Below the pieces are notes generated by a model. The model ran no database searches, was not told the origin of the DNA, and worked only from the letters and a program-made list of their open reading frames with translations. The position numbers and the translations under genes were made by a program. Positions 1 to 12,490 of a stretch of 64,000 bases of DNA are shown here, one piece after another (position 1 is the stretch's first letter; every line of letters begins with the position of its first letter). Source of the stretch: Mobula hypostoma. Its lineage: Eukaryota. The DNA is taken from the NCBI RefSeq assembly GCF_963921235.1, contig NC_086109.1:1426001-1490000 (forward strand), read 5' to 3'.

Positions 1-3000
1 ACGCAGTCCAGAGACCCAGATGGTAGTTTGCCTCCCTGGTGCCAGGGTCCGGGATGTTTCTGATCGCGTCCAAGATATCCTGAAGTGGGAGGGAGAGGGG
101 CCAGAGGTCGTGGTACATATAGGTACCAATGACATATGTAGGAAAGGGAAGAGGTCCTGAAAGGACAATATAGGGAGTTGAGAAAAAGAACCATAAAGGT
201 AGTAATCTCGGGATTACTGCCTGTGCCACGCGACAGTGAGAGTAGGAACGCAATGAGCTGGAGGATAAATGCGTGACTGAGGGATTGGAGTGGGGGCAGG
301 GATTCAAGTTTTTGGATCATTGGGACTTCTTTTGGCGCAGGTGTGACCTGTACAAAAACGATGGGTTGCACTTGAATCCTAGGGGGAACAAACATCCTGG
401 CAGGGAGATTTGCGAAGGCTACTGAGGTGACTTTAAACTAGAATGGTTGGGGGGTGGGAATCAAATTGAAGAGATTAGGTGGGAGGAGGTTAGTTCCCAA
501 ATAGAGAAAGCTAGAAGACAGTGTGTGAGGGAGCATAGGCAGGGGACAGAGATCGGGAGCATTCAGACCGAAGATATAGGGGAGAAGGAAGAAAAAGATA
601 ACAAAGTTGTTTGCTCCATTAAGGACAAACAGAGAGTAAGAGGTGGAAGGTTTCTTAAATGCATCTATTTTAATGCTAGGAGCATTGTAAGAAAGGTGGA
701 TGAGCTTAGAGCATGGATTAATACCTGGAAATATGATGTTGTAGCTATTAGTGAAACATGGTTGCAGGAGGGGTGTGATTGGTGACTAAATATTCCTGGA
801 TTTCGTTGCTTCAGGTGTGATAGAACAGGAGGGGCAAGAGGAGGAGGTGTTGCATTGCTTGTCAGAGAATATATAACAGCGGTGCTCTGGCAAGATAGAT
901 TAGTGGACTTGTCCAGGGAGACTATTTGGGTGGAATTGAGGAATGGGAAAGGTGTAGTGATGCTTATAGGGGTGTATTATAGACCACCTAATGGCGAGCG
1001 AGAATTGGAGGAGCAAGTTTGTAAGGAGATAGCAGATATTTGTGGTAAGGACAAGGTTGTGATTGTGGGAGATTTTAATTTTCCACGCATTGACTGGGAA
1101 GCCCATTCTGTAAAAGGGCTGGATCATTTGGAGTTTGTCAAATGTGTGCAAGATAGTTTTTTGCAGCAATACATAGAGGTACCAACTAGAGAAGGGACAG
1201 TGTTGGATCTCCTGTTAGGGAATGAGATAGGGCAGGTGACGGAGGTATGTGTTGGAGATCACTTCGGGTCCAGTGATCACAGTGCCATTAGTTTCAATAT
1301 AATTATGGAGAAGGATAGGATTGGACCCACGGTTGAGATTTCTGATTGGGGAAAGGCTATCTTTGAGGAGATGCGAAAGGATTTAGAAGGAGTGGATTGG
1401 GACAATTTGTTTTATGGGAAGGATGTAGTAGAGAAATGGAGGTCATTTAAAGGTGAAATTTTGAGGGTACAGGATCTTTATGTTCCTGTTAGGTTGAAAG
1501 GAAAGGTTAGAAGTTTGACAGAGCCATGGTTTTGAAGGAATACTGGAAACTTAGTTTGGAAAAAGAGAGGGATTTACAATAAATATAGGCAGCATGGAGT
1601 AAATGTGGTGTTTGAGGAAAATAAAGAATGTAAAAAGAATCTTAAATAAATTAGAAAAGCTAAAAGAAGATATGAGGCTGCTTTAGCAAGCAAGGGGAAA
1701 ATAAATCCAAAGGGTTTCTACTGTTATATTAATAGCAAAAGGATAGTGAGGGATAGTGAGGGTCCCTTAGAGAATCAGAGTGGACGGCTATGTGCAGAGT
1801 GGGGGAGATTTTGAACAATTTCTTTTCTTCGGGATTCACTAAGGAGAAGGATACTGAATTGTGTAAGGTAAGGGAAACAAGAAGGGTAGTTATGGAAAGT
1901 ATGATGATTAAAGAAGAGAAAGTACTGGCACTTTTAAGAAATATAAAAGTGGATAAGTCTCTGGGTCCAGACAAGATATTCCCCAGGACCTTGAGGGAAG
2001 TTAGTGTGGAAATAGCAGGGGCTCTGACAGAAATATTTCGAATGTCATTAGAAACGGGGATGGTGCCAGAGGATTGGCGTATTGCTCATGTTATTCCATT
2101 GTTTAAAAAGGGTTCTAAGAGTAAACCTAGCAATTATCAGCCTGTGAGTTTGACGTCAGTGGTGGGTAAATTGATGGAAACCATTTTTAGAGATGGTATA
2201 TATAATTATCTGGATAGACAGGGTCTGATTAGGAACATTCAACATGGATTTGTGCGTGGAAGGTCACGTTAGACAAATCTTATTGAATTTTTTGATGAGG
2301 TTACTAGGAAAGTCGACGAGGGTAAATTAGTGGATGTTGTCTATATGGACTTCAGTAAGGCCTTTGACAAGGTTCCACATGGAAGGTTAGTTAGGAAGGT
2401 TCAATCGTTAGGTATTAATATTGAAGTAGTAAAATGGATTCAGCAGTGGCTGAATGGGAGACATCAGAGAGTAGTGGTGGATAACTGTTTATCAGATTGG
2501 AGGCCGGTGACTAGTGGTGTGCCTCAGGGATCTGTACTGGGCCCAATGTTGTTTGTCATATATATTAATAATCTGGATGATGGGGTGGTAAATTGGATTA
2601 GTAAGTATGCAGATGATAATAAGATAGGTGGCGTTGTGGATAATGAAGTAGGTTTTCAAAGCTTGCAGAGAGATTTAGACCAGTTAGAAGAGTGGGCTGA
2701 AAGATGGCAGACAGAGTTTAATGCTGATAAATATGAGGTGCTACATTTTGGTAGGACTAATCAAAATAGAACATACATGGTAAATGGTAGGGCATTGAAG
2801 AATGCAGTAGTACAGAGGGATCTAGGAATAATGGTGCATAGTTCCCTGAAGGTGGAATCTCATGTGGATAGGGTGGTGAAGAAAGCTTTTGGTATGCTGG
2901 CCTTTATAAATCAGAGCATTGAGTTTAGGAGTTGGGATGTAATGTTGAAATTGTATAAGGCATTGGTGAGTCCAAATTTGGAGTATTGTGTACAGTTCTG

Positions 3001-3523
3001 GTCACCGATTTATAGGAAACATGTCAATAAAATTGAGAGTACAGGGGAGACTTACGAAAATGTTGCCTGGGTTTCATCTCCTAAGTTACCGAGAAAGGTT
3101 GAACAAGTTGGGTCTTTATTCTTTGGAGCGTAGAAGGTTGAGGGGGGACTTGATAGAGGTATCTAAAATTATGAGGGTGATAGATAGAGTTGACGTGGAT
3201 AGGCTTTTTCCATTGAGAGTGAGGGAGATTCAAACAAGAGGACATGAGTTGAGAGTTAAAGGGCAAATGTTTAGGGGTAACATAAGGGGGAAATTCTTTA
3301 CTCAGAGAGTGGTAGCTGTGTGGAACGAGCTTCCAGCAGAAGTGGTTGAGACAGTTTCGATGTGGTCATTTAAAGTTAAATTGGTTAGACATATGGACAG
3401 GAAAGGAATGGAGGGTTATGGGCTGAGTGCAGGTCGGTGGGACTAGGTGAGAGTAAGAGTTAGGCATGGACTAGAAGGGCCGAGATGGCCTGTTTCCGTG
3501 CTGTAATTGTTATATGGTTATAT
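1..3523 (+). mobile_element. CR1-clade LINE, cut by the window edge: 3' half of ORF1 (SGNH esterase) plus frameshifted/stop-disrupted ORF2 (APE + RT)
   Basis: ORF1 motifs HIGTND and DGLHLN, stop at 439-441; ORF2 pieces 447-3446 with NARS, SETWL, YRPP, GDFN, SDH, FSKAFDKVPH, GVPQGSVLGP, YADD; 3' tail ttatatggttatat. Confidence 0.95.
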
Positions 3524-4673
3524 TTGATAAGGTACTGCACGCAAGGCTTATTGAGAAAGTAAGGAGGCATGGGATCCAAGGGGACATTGCTTTGTGGATC
3601 CAGAACTGGCTTGCCCACAGAAGGCAAAGAGTGGTTGTAGGCGGGTCATATTCTGCATGGAGGCCGGTCACCAGTGGTGTGCCTCGGGGATCTGTTCTGG
3701 GACCCCTACTCTTTGTGATTTTTATAAATGACCTGGATGAGGAAGTGGAGGGATGGGTTAGTAAATTTGCTGATGAGACAAAGGTTGGAAGTGTTGTGGA
3801 TGGTGTGGAGGGCTGTCAGAGGTTACAGCGGGATATCGATAGGATGCAAAATTGGGCTGAGAAGTGGCAGATGGAGTTCAACCCAGATTACTGTGAGGTG
3901 GTTCATTTTGATAGGTCAAATATGATGGCAGAATATAGTATTAATGAGAACACTTTTGGCAATGTGGAGGATCAGAGAGATTTTGGGTTCTGAGTTGATA
4001 GGACACTCAAAGCTGCTGCGCAGGTTGACTCTGTGGTTAAGACGGCGTATTGTGCATTGTCCTTCATCAATCATGGAACTGAATTTAGGAGCTGAGAGGT
4101 AATGTTGCAGCTATATAGGACCCTGGTCAGACCCCACTTAGAGTACTGTGCTCAGTTCTGATTGCCTAACTACAGGAAGGATGTGGAAACCATTGAAAGG
4201 GTGCAGAGGATATTTACAAGGATGTTGACTGGATTGGGGAGCATGCCTTATGAGAATAGGTTGAGTGAACTTGGCCTTTTCTCCTTGGAGCGACGGAGGA
4301 TGAGAGGTGACCTGATAGAGGTGTATAAGATGATGAGAGGCATTGATCATGTGGATTGTCAGAGGCTTTTTCCCAGGGCTGAAATGGCTAGCACAAGGGG
4401 ACACAGTTTTAAGGTGCTAGAAAGTAGGTACAGAGGAGATGACAGGGGTAAGTTTGTTACTCAGAGAGTGGTGAGTGCGTGGAATGGGCTGCCAGCAACG
4501 GTGATGGAGGTGGATACGATAGGGTATTTTAAAAGTCTCCTGGATAGGTACATGGAGCTTTGAAAAATAGAGGGCTATGGGTAACCCGAGGTAATTTCTA
4601 AAGTAAGGACATGTTTGGCACAGCTTTGTGGGCCGAAGGGCCTGTATTGTGCTGTAGGTTTTCTATGTTTCTA
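3524..4673 (+). mobile_element. 5'-truncated CR1 LINE (RT 3' half and 3' UTR)
   Basis: ORFs 3514-3993 and 4162-4563 are CR1 RT/C-terminus; gggccgaagggcc 3' motif and ttttctatgtttcta tail. Confidence 0.92.
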
Positions 4674-4779
4674 CAATCCTAATATTCTGCAGTGTTAAAT
4701 GACCTGCCCCTTACCATTGCAGATACAAAGCCAATGAAATGCAGTTAGCATCTAACCATAAATGCAAATAGTGTTATTT

Positions 4780-5545
4780 ACAAAATAACTGTGAATAAAA
4801 AAAGTGCTACAGCACACAAATATAAAAGTACTGAGATAGTACAATACGGATGCAATACTGCTTAGCGCTGTGATGTGAGGTTCAGCAGGGTCACAGCCTC
4901 AGGGAAGAAGCTCTTCCTGTGCCTGCTGGTGCGGGAGTGGAGGCTCCTGTAGTGCCTACCGGCTGGGAGGAGAGTGAAAAGTCCATGGCTAGGGTGAGAT
5001 ACATCCCTGATAATGCTTTTCACCTTTCCCAGGCAGCATTTATGGTAGATGTTCTCAATGGTGGGCAATTGGGTGCCGATAATCCACTGGGCAGTTTTCA
5101 CCACACGCTGGAGTGCTTTGCGGTCCGATATGGGACAATTGCCATACCACACTGAGATGCAGTTGGTGAGTATGCTCTCAATGGTACAGCAGTAAAAGTC
5201 CATCAGTATCCTGGGACAGAGGTGAACTTTCCTGATGCTCCGCAGGAAATAAAGGTGCTGTTGCACCTTTTTGATCAGGATGGAGGAGTTCAGGGACCAG
5301 GTGAGATCCTCGGATATGTGGACATCAGGGAATTTGAAGCTTGATACACGCTCCACTACAGCTTCGTTGATGTAGATGGGGACGAGAGTGTGGCTCCTTG
5401 CATACCTGAAGTCCACAATGATCTCCTTGGTCTTCTGGGTGTTAAGGGTCAGGTTGTTGTCAGCACACCATGCGGCCAAGTGCTGGACCTCGTCCCTGTA
5501 GGCTGTCTCGTCATCCCCTCTGATCAGGCCAACCACCGTGGTGTC
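4780..5545 (-). mobile_element. Rex1/Babar-like non-LTR retrotransposon, 3' fragment
   Basis: ORF 4862-5536: WCADNNLTLNTQKTKEIIVDFR, HLYFLRSIRK, SFFPEAVTLLN. Confidence 0.85.
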
Positions 5546-5709
5546 GCCATATGTACAGAGTACTGAAAAAATAGTGACTGACAGATCAGCCCTCTGGGAT
5601 TATGACTGCCTTGTGCAATAGGTGTCAGGTGCTAGAGAGACTGTATTCATTCCTTGTATGAATGGAAGAAAATTGATATAGCACAGGGGGAAAAGATTTA
5701 ATTTAGTTC

Positions 5710-5830
5710 AGAGAGAAGAGATTGCAGAGATGCTGGAACTTCTGAGCAATACACACAAAATGCTGGAAGAACTCAGCAGCTCAAGAATAAGCGATGAACA
5801 TTTTGGGCTGAGACCCTGTACCAAGACTAG
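5710..5830 (-). mobile_element. Degenerate Penelope-like terminal-repeat fragment
   Basis: gcagagatgctgg...acacacaaaatgctggaagaactcagcag...gggctgagaccc resembles the reverse complement of 47200-47330. Confidence 0.6.
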
Positions 5831-5989
5831 AAAAGAGTCAGGAGTGGAAGGAGTACAAGGTGGCGGGTGATAGGTAGTGGATGATAATGAGAGAAGCTAT
5901 GGGGTGATAGATGCAAGAGACAAAGGGCAAACAAAGTAGGCACCTAATAGGAGATGACTGCACAATGGAGTAACTGGAAGAAGGTGGGG

Positions 5990-6472
5990 GAAGTATAGGA
6001 GGCGACGAGCAGGATAAAAGACCACAACACAATACAATTCCATTCTCTTGTCTTCTTGTAACCTCTCATACCCTGATTTATCAAGAATCTAACAAACTCC
6101 ACCATAAATACACCCAATCACCTGGCCTCCACAGCTGCTGGTGGCAATAAATTTATGACCCTCTGGCTAACAAAAAATCCGCTTCATCTTCGTTCTTAGA
6201 TGTCCCTCTATTCTGAGGATATGCCCTCTGATCCCAGATTTCCCCACTATAGGAAACATACTCTCCAAATCCACACTACTTAAACCTTTCAAGATTCGAT
6301 AGGTTTCAATGAGATTCCCCCCCCCCCATTGTTTAAATTCCAGCAAGTACAGTCACAAAGCCCTCATGCGATCCTCATATGATAAGGTTTTCATTACAGG
6401 AATCGTTTTTGTGAACGGCCTTGGAACCTTCTCTGATGTCAGTGCATACTTTTGTAGATAAGGGGCGCAAAA
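5990..6472 (-). mobile_element. Old CR1 3' fragment (left part of the element split by the 6473-10706 insertion)
   Basis: gataaggggcgcaaaa at the left junction joins aaactgctttcgatattgc at 10707 to give a continuous antisense CR1 sequence. Confidence 0.65.
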
Positions 6473-9400
6473 GGAACAGAGCCTCATAGAGCGGGCAGCG
6501 TAGTTTGCGGGCTGCAGAGTGAGCCGGGAGCAGAGTGAAGACTTAAGGGCTTCGGCTCAATGGGCTTAGGCGGAAACGGGCGAGGCGAGGAAGGATTGGC
6601 ATTCATTTTCTGTTGTTATTTGAGGAGAGGGGCAGAATGAGCGTGAGGGCAGTTTGCTGTTCTTGGTGTCGGATGTGGGAGGCCCTGGAGTCTCCAAGCC
6701 TCCCGGACGTCTACATCTGCGCCAAGTGCATCAAGTTGCAGCTCCTAAGGGACCGCGTTACGGAACTGGAGCTGCAGCTCGATGACCTTCGTCTGGTCAG
6801 GGAGAGTGAGGAGGTGATAGAGAGGAGTGGAAGGCAGGTGGTCACACTGGGGCCACGGGAGGCAGACAAGTGGGTCACGGTTAGGAGGGGGAAGGGGAAG
6901 AGTCAGGTAATAGGGAGTACCCCGGTGGCTGTGCCCCTTAACAACAGGTACTCCTGTTTGAGTACTGTTGGGGGGGACAGCTTACCCAGGGAAAGCGACA
7001 GTGGCCGTGCCTCCGGCACAGAGTCTGGCCCTGTAGCTCAGAAGGGTAGGGCAAGGAAGAGGAGGGCAGTTGTGATAGGGGACTCGATAGTAAGGGGGTC
7101 AGATAGGCGATTCTGTGGACGCAGTCCAGAGACCCGGATGGTAGTTTGCCTCCCTGGTGCCAGGGTCCGGGATATTTCTGATCGTGTCCAAGATATCCTG
7201 AAGTGGAAGGGTGAGGAGCCAGAGGTCGTGGTACATATAGGTACCAATGACATAGGTAGGAAAAGGGATGAGGTCCTGAAAGGAGAATATAGGGAGCTAG
7301 GAAGGGAGTTGAGAAAAAGGACCGCATAGGTAGTAATTTCGGGATTACTGCCTGTGCCACGCAACAGTGAGAGTAGGAATGCGATGAGGTGGAGGATAAA
7401 TGCGTGGCTGAGGGATTGGAGCAGGGAGCAGGGATTCAAGTTTTTGGATCATTGGGACCTCTTTTGGCGCAGGCGTGACCTGTACAAAAAGGACGGGTTA
7501 CACTTGAATCCTAGGGGGACCAATATCCTGGCAGGGAGATTAGCAGAGGCTACTGAGGTGACTTTAAACTAGAATGGTTGGGGGGTGGGAATCAAATCAA
7601 AGAGGCTAGGCGTGAGGAGGTTAGTTCACAACAGAGGGATGGGAACCAGTGCAGAGAGACAAAGGGGTGTAAAGTGAGGGTAGAAGCAAAAAGTACAAAG
7701 GAGAAAAGTAGAAGTGGCAGGCCGACAAATCCAGGGCAAGCATCAAAAAGGGCCACTTTTCAACATAATTGTATAAGGGCTAAGAGAGTTGTAAAAGAGC
7801 GCCTGAAGGCTTTATGTGTCAATGCAAGGAGCATTCGTAATAAGGTGGATGAATTGAAAGTGCAGATTGTTATTAATGATTATGATATAGTTGGGATCAC
7901 AGAGATATGGCTCCAGGGTGACCAGGGATGGGAGCTCAACGTTCAGGGATATTCAATATTCAGGAGGGATAGACATGAAGGAAGGGGAGGTGGGGTGGCG
8001 TTGCTTGTTAAAGAAGAGATTAACGCAATAGAAAGGAAGGACATAAGCCGGGAAGATGTGGAATCGATATGGGTAGAGCTGCGTAACACTAAGGGGCAGA
8101 AGACGCTGGTGGGAGTTGTGTACAGGCCACCTAACAGTAGTAGTGAGGTCGGAGATGGTATTAAACAGGAAATTAGAAATGTGTGCAATAAAGGAACAGC
8201 AGTTATAATGGGTGACTTCAATCTACATGTAGATTGGGTGAACCAAATTGGTAAAGGTGCTGAGGAAGAAGATTTCTTGGAATGTATGCGGGATGGTTTT
8301 TTGAACCAACATGTCGAGGAACCAACTAGAGAGCAGGCTATTCTGGACTGGGTTTTGAGCAATGAGGAAGGGTTAATTAGCAATCTTGTCGTGAGAGGCC
8401 CCTTGGGTAAGAGTGACCATAATATGGTGGAATTCTTCATTAAGATGGAGAGTGACATAGTTAATTCAGAAACAAAGGTTCTGAACTTAAAGAGGGGTAA
8501 CTTTGAAGGTATGAGACGTGAATTAGCTAAGATAGACTGGCAAATGACACTTAAAGGATTGACGGTGGATATGCAATGGCAAGCATTTAAAGGTTGCATG
8601 GATGAACTACAACAATTGTTCATCCCAGTTTGGCAAAAGAATAAATCAAGGAAGGTAGTGCACCCGTGGCTGACAAGAGAAATTAGGGATAGTATCAATT
8701 CCAAAGAAGCAGCATACAAATTAGCCAGAGAAAGTGGCTCACCTGAGGACTGGGAGAAATTCAGAGTTCAGCAGAGGAGGACAAAGGGCTTAATTAGGAA
8801 GGGAAAAAAAATTATGAGAGAAAACTGGCAGGGAACATAAAAACGGACTGTAAAAGCTTTTATAGATATGTAAAAAGGAAAAGACTGGTAAAGACAAATG
8901 TAGGTCCCCTGCAGACAGAAACAGGTGAATTGATTATGGGGATCAAGGACATGGCAGACCAATTGAATAATTACTTTGGTTCTGTCTTCACTAAGGAGGA
9001 CATAAATAATCTTCCAGAAATAGTAGGGGACAGAGGGTCCAGTGATATGGAGGAACTGAGCGAAATACATGTTAGTAGGGAAGTGGTGTTAGGTAAATTG
9101 AAGGGATTGAAGGCAGATAAATCCCCAGGGCCAGATGGTCTGCATCCTAGAGTGCTTAAGGAAGTAGCCCAAGAAATAGTGGATGCATTAGTGATAATTT
9201 TTCAAAACTCGTTAGATTCTGGACTAGTTCCTGAGGATTGGAGGGTGGCTAATGTAACTCCACTTTTTAAAAAAGGAGGGAGAGAGAAACTGGGGAATTA
9301 TAGACCGGTTAGCCTAACATCGGTGGTGGGGAAGCTGCTGGAGTCAGTTATCAAGGATGTGATAACAGCACATTTGGAAAGCGGTGAAATGATCGGACAA

Positions 9401-10706
9401 AGTCAGCATGGATTTGTGAAAGGAAAATCATGTCTGATGAATCTCACAGAATTTTTTGAAGATGTAACTAGTAGGGTGGATAGGGGAGAACCGGTGGATA
9501 TGGTATATTTGGATTTTCAAAAGGCTTTTGACAAGGTCCCGCACAGGAGATTAGTGTGCAAACTTAAAGCACACGGTATTGGGGGTAAGGTATTGATGTG
9601 GGTGGAGAATTGGTTAGCAGACAGGAAGCAAAGATTGGGAATAAACGGGACCTTTTCAGAATGGCAGGCGGTGACTAGTGGGGTACCGCAAGGCTCAGTG
9701 CTGGGACCCCAGTTGTTTACAATATATATTAATGACTTGGATGAGGGAATTAAATGCAGCATCTCCAAGTTTACGGATGACACGAAGCTGGGTGGCAGTG
9801 TTAGCTGTGAGGAAGATGCTGAGAGGATACAGGGTGACTTGGATAGGTTGGGTGAGTGGGCAAATTCATGGCAGATGCAATTTAATGTGGATAAATGTGA
9901 AGTTATCCACTTTGGTGGCAAAAATAGGAAAACAGATTATTATCTGAATGGTGGCCGATTAGGAAAAGGGGAGGTGCAACGAGACCTGGGTGTCATTATA
10001 CACCAGTCATTGAAAGTGGGCATGCAGGTACAGCAGGCGGCGAAAAAGGCGAATGGTATGCTGGCATTTATAGCGAGAGGATTTGAGTACAGGAGCAGGG
10101 AGGTACTACTGCGGTTGTACAAGGCCTTGGTGAGACCACACCTGGAGTATTGTGTGCAGTTTTGGTCCCCTAATCTGAGGAAAGACATCCTTGCCATAGA
10201 GGGAGTACAAAGAAGGTTCACCAGATTGATTCCTGGGATGGCAGGACTTTCATAAGAAGAACGACTGGATGAACTGGGCTTGTACTCATTGGAATTTAGA
10301 AGATTGAGGGGGGATCTGATTGAAACGTATAAAATCCTAAAGGGATTGGACAGGCTAGATGCAGGAAGATTGTTCCCGATGTTGGGGAAGTCCAGAACGA
10401 GGGGCCACAGTTTGAGGATAGAGGGGAAGCCTTTTAGGACCGAGATTAGTAGTAACTTCTTCACACAGAGAGTGGTGAATCTGTGGAATTCTCTGCCACA
10501 GGTAACAGTTGAGGCCAGTTCATTGGCTTTATTTAAGAGGGAGTTAGATATGGCCCTTGTGGCTACGAGGGTCAGGGGGTATGGAGGGAAGGCTGGGGCG
10601 GGGTTCTGAGTTGGAGGATCAGCCATGATCATAATAAATGGTGGTGCAGGCTCGAAGGGCCGAATGGCCTACTCCTGCACCTATTTTCTATGTTTCTATG
10701 TTTCTA
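6473..10706 (+). mobile_element. Near full-length CR1 LINE (about 4.2 kb)
   Basis: 5' UTR; ORF1 6637-7572 with one premature TAG at 7327-7329; ORF2 about 7563-10610 with a frameshift near 8810 and a stop at 10253-10255; (tttctatg)n tail at 10685-10706. Confidence 0.97.
6637..7572 (+). pseudogene. CR1 ORF1p: CxxC...CxxC zinc finger, coiled coil, SGNH/GDSL esterase; one in-frame stop
   Basis: ATG at 6637; CSWC...CAKC; LRDRVTELELQLDDL; VIGDSIVRG, HIGTND, DGLHLN; 936 nt in one frame. Confidence 0.9.
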
Positions 10707-12280
10707 AAACTGCTTTCGATATTGCAAATGTGGCCTTGCCCGGTGCCTTATAAAGCCTCAACATTACATCTGTGTTTTTATATTCTAGTCCTCTCAAAAT
10801 GAATGCTAACATTGCATTTGCCTTCCTCACCACTGGCTCAACCTGCAAGTTAACCTTTAGGGAACCCTGCACGAGGACTCCCAAAGCCCAATGCACTTCA
10901 GATTTTTGAATTTTCTCCCCATTTAGAAAATACTTGTATTCTTCCACCAAAGAGCATGACCATAGACTTTCTGACACTGTATTCTATCTGCCACCTCTTT
11001 GCTGATTCTCCTCAGCAGCATAAGTCCTTTTGCAGTCTCCCGGCTTCCTCAAACTACCTACCCTTCCATCATATGATTATCTTCATAATGTCCATAAACC
11101 TGGCATCAATTCTGTCTTCCAAATCATTGACATACAACATAAAAATAAGTGGTCCCAACACAGTCCCCTGCAGAACACCACTAGTCACCAGCATTCAAAC
11201 AGTAAAAGACTCCCTTTATTCCCACTCATTCATTGCCGCCTGTGAAACAGTCAATGGCTTATCCATATTAGTATCTTTCCTGGAATACCATAAGCTCTTA
11301 TCTTGTTAAACAGTCTTATGTGTGGCACCTTCTCAACCGCCTTCTGAAAATCCAAGTACACAATATCCACAGACTCTCTTTTATCTACTTGATATTTCCT
11401 CAAAGAATTTCAACAAATTTGTCAGGTACCATTTCCCAGGAAGGAAACCATGCTGCCTCCAGTTACCCTGAAAACTTATCCTTAGCAATGGACTCCAGTA
11501 TTATCACAATCACCATGGTCAGGCTATCTGGCTTACAATTTCCACCCTCCCTTCCTAAAGAATGGAGTAACATTTGCAACTTTCCAGTCGTCTGGAATTA
11601 TGTTAGAATCTAGTGATTCCAATACCTCCTCAATCTCTTCAGCTACCTCTTTCAAATCCTGGTGTGTAGTCTAAATGGTCCATATGTCCTATTTACCTCA
11701 GATATTTCAGTGTTGCAAGCACCTTACCCCTAATAGTAGCAACTACACTCACCTCTGCCCCTGACATTCTCGAACTTCCAGCATACCAGTAGTGTCTTCC
11801 ACAGTGAAGTTTGATGCAAAATACTTATTCAGTTCATCTGCCATTTCCTTGGCCTCCGTTACTACCTCTCCAGCATCATTTTCCAGCAGTCCTATATCCA
11901 CTCTCGCCCCTCTTTTACTCTTTATATCTTGAAAAAAAAACTTTAGGGATTCTCTTTTATATTATTGGCTAGCTTACTTTTTTATTTCATCTTTTTCATC
12001 CTTATGGCTTTCTTAATTACATTCTGTTGGTTGATAAAAGCTTCCCAATCCTCTAACTTCCCACCAATTGTTGCTCTATTATATGCTCTCTCTTTCGCAT
12101 TTATGTTGGCTTTGACTTCTCTTGTCAGCCATGGTTGCATGATTCTACCTTTAGAACACTTCTTCATCTTTGGGATGTGTCAATTGCAAGCCTTCCAAAT
12201 TGCTTTCAGAAACTAAAGCCACTGCTGCTCTGCCATGATCTCTGTTGGGATCGCCTTCCACTTAACTTTGGCCAGGTCCT
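10707..12280 (-). mobile_element. Old degenerate CR1 ORF2 (right part of the split element)
   Basis: ORF 10696-10977 (RKANAMLAFILRGLEYK) and 11982-12167 (QPWLTREVKANI). Confidence 0.8.
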
Positions 12281-12490
12281 CTCTCACATGAGGACGGGGA
12301 GGTGAAGAGAAAGGCTGAGGGGGGTGGAGCAAAAATAGTGAGGGTCGGAATACAGACAGGAGTCAGTGTTCATGCCATCAGGTTGGAGACTACTCAGATG
12401 GAATATGAAGTGTTGCTCCTTCAACCTGACTTTTGCCTAAATGAGGCAGCAGAAGAGGCCATGGTTAGACATGTCGGTGTGTCAGTGGGA
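12280..12490 (-). mobile_element. Degenerate Penelope GIY-YIG C-terminal fragment
   Basis: catgccatcaggttggagact...gaatatgaagtgttgctccttcaacctga matches the antisense of 46790-46880. Confidence 0.65.

Noticed and set aside
4722-4745. Acceptor-like ccattgcag|ATACAAAG as an upstream exon of the GPI-like gene
   Set aside because: Weak donor, in-frame stop immediately after, and it borders a TE 3' UTR.
7943-10632. Long antisense ORFs (258, 134, 230 aa) recurring in several CR1 copies
   Set aside because: Shadows of ORF2 codon usage in near-identical copies; no domain or independent start signal recognised. Not formally excluded.
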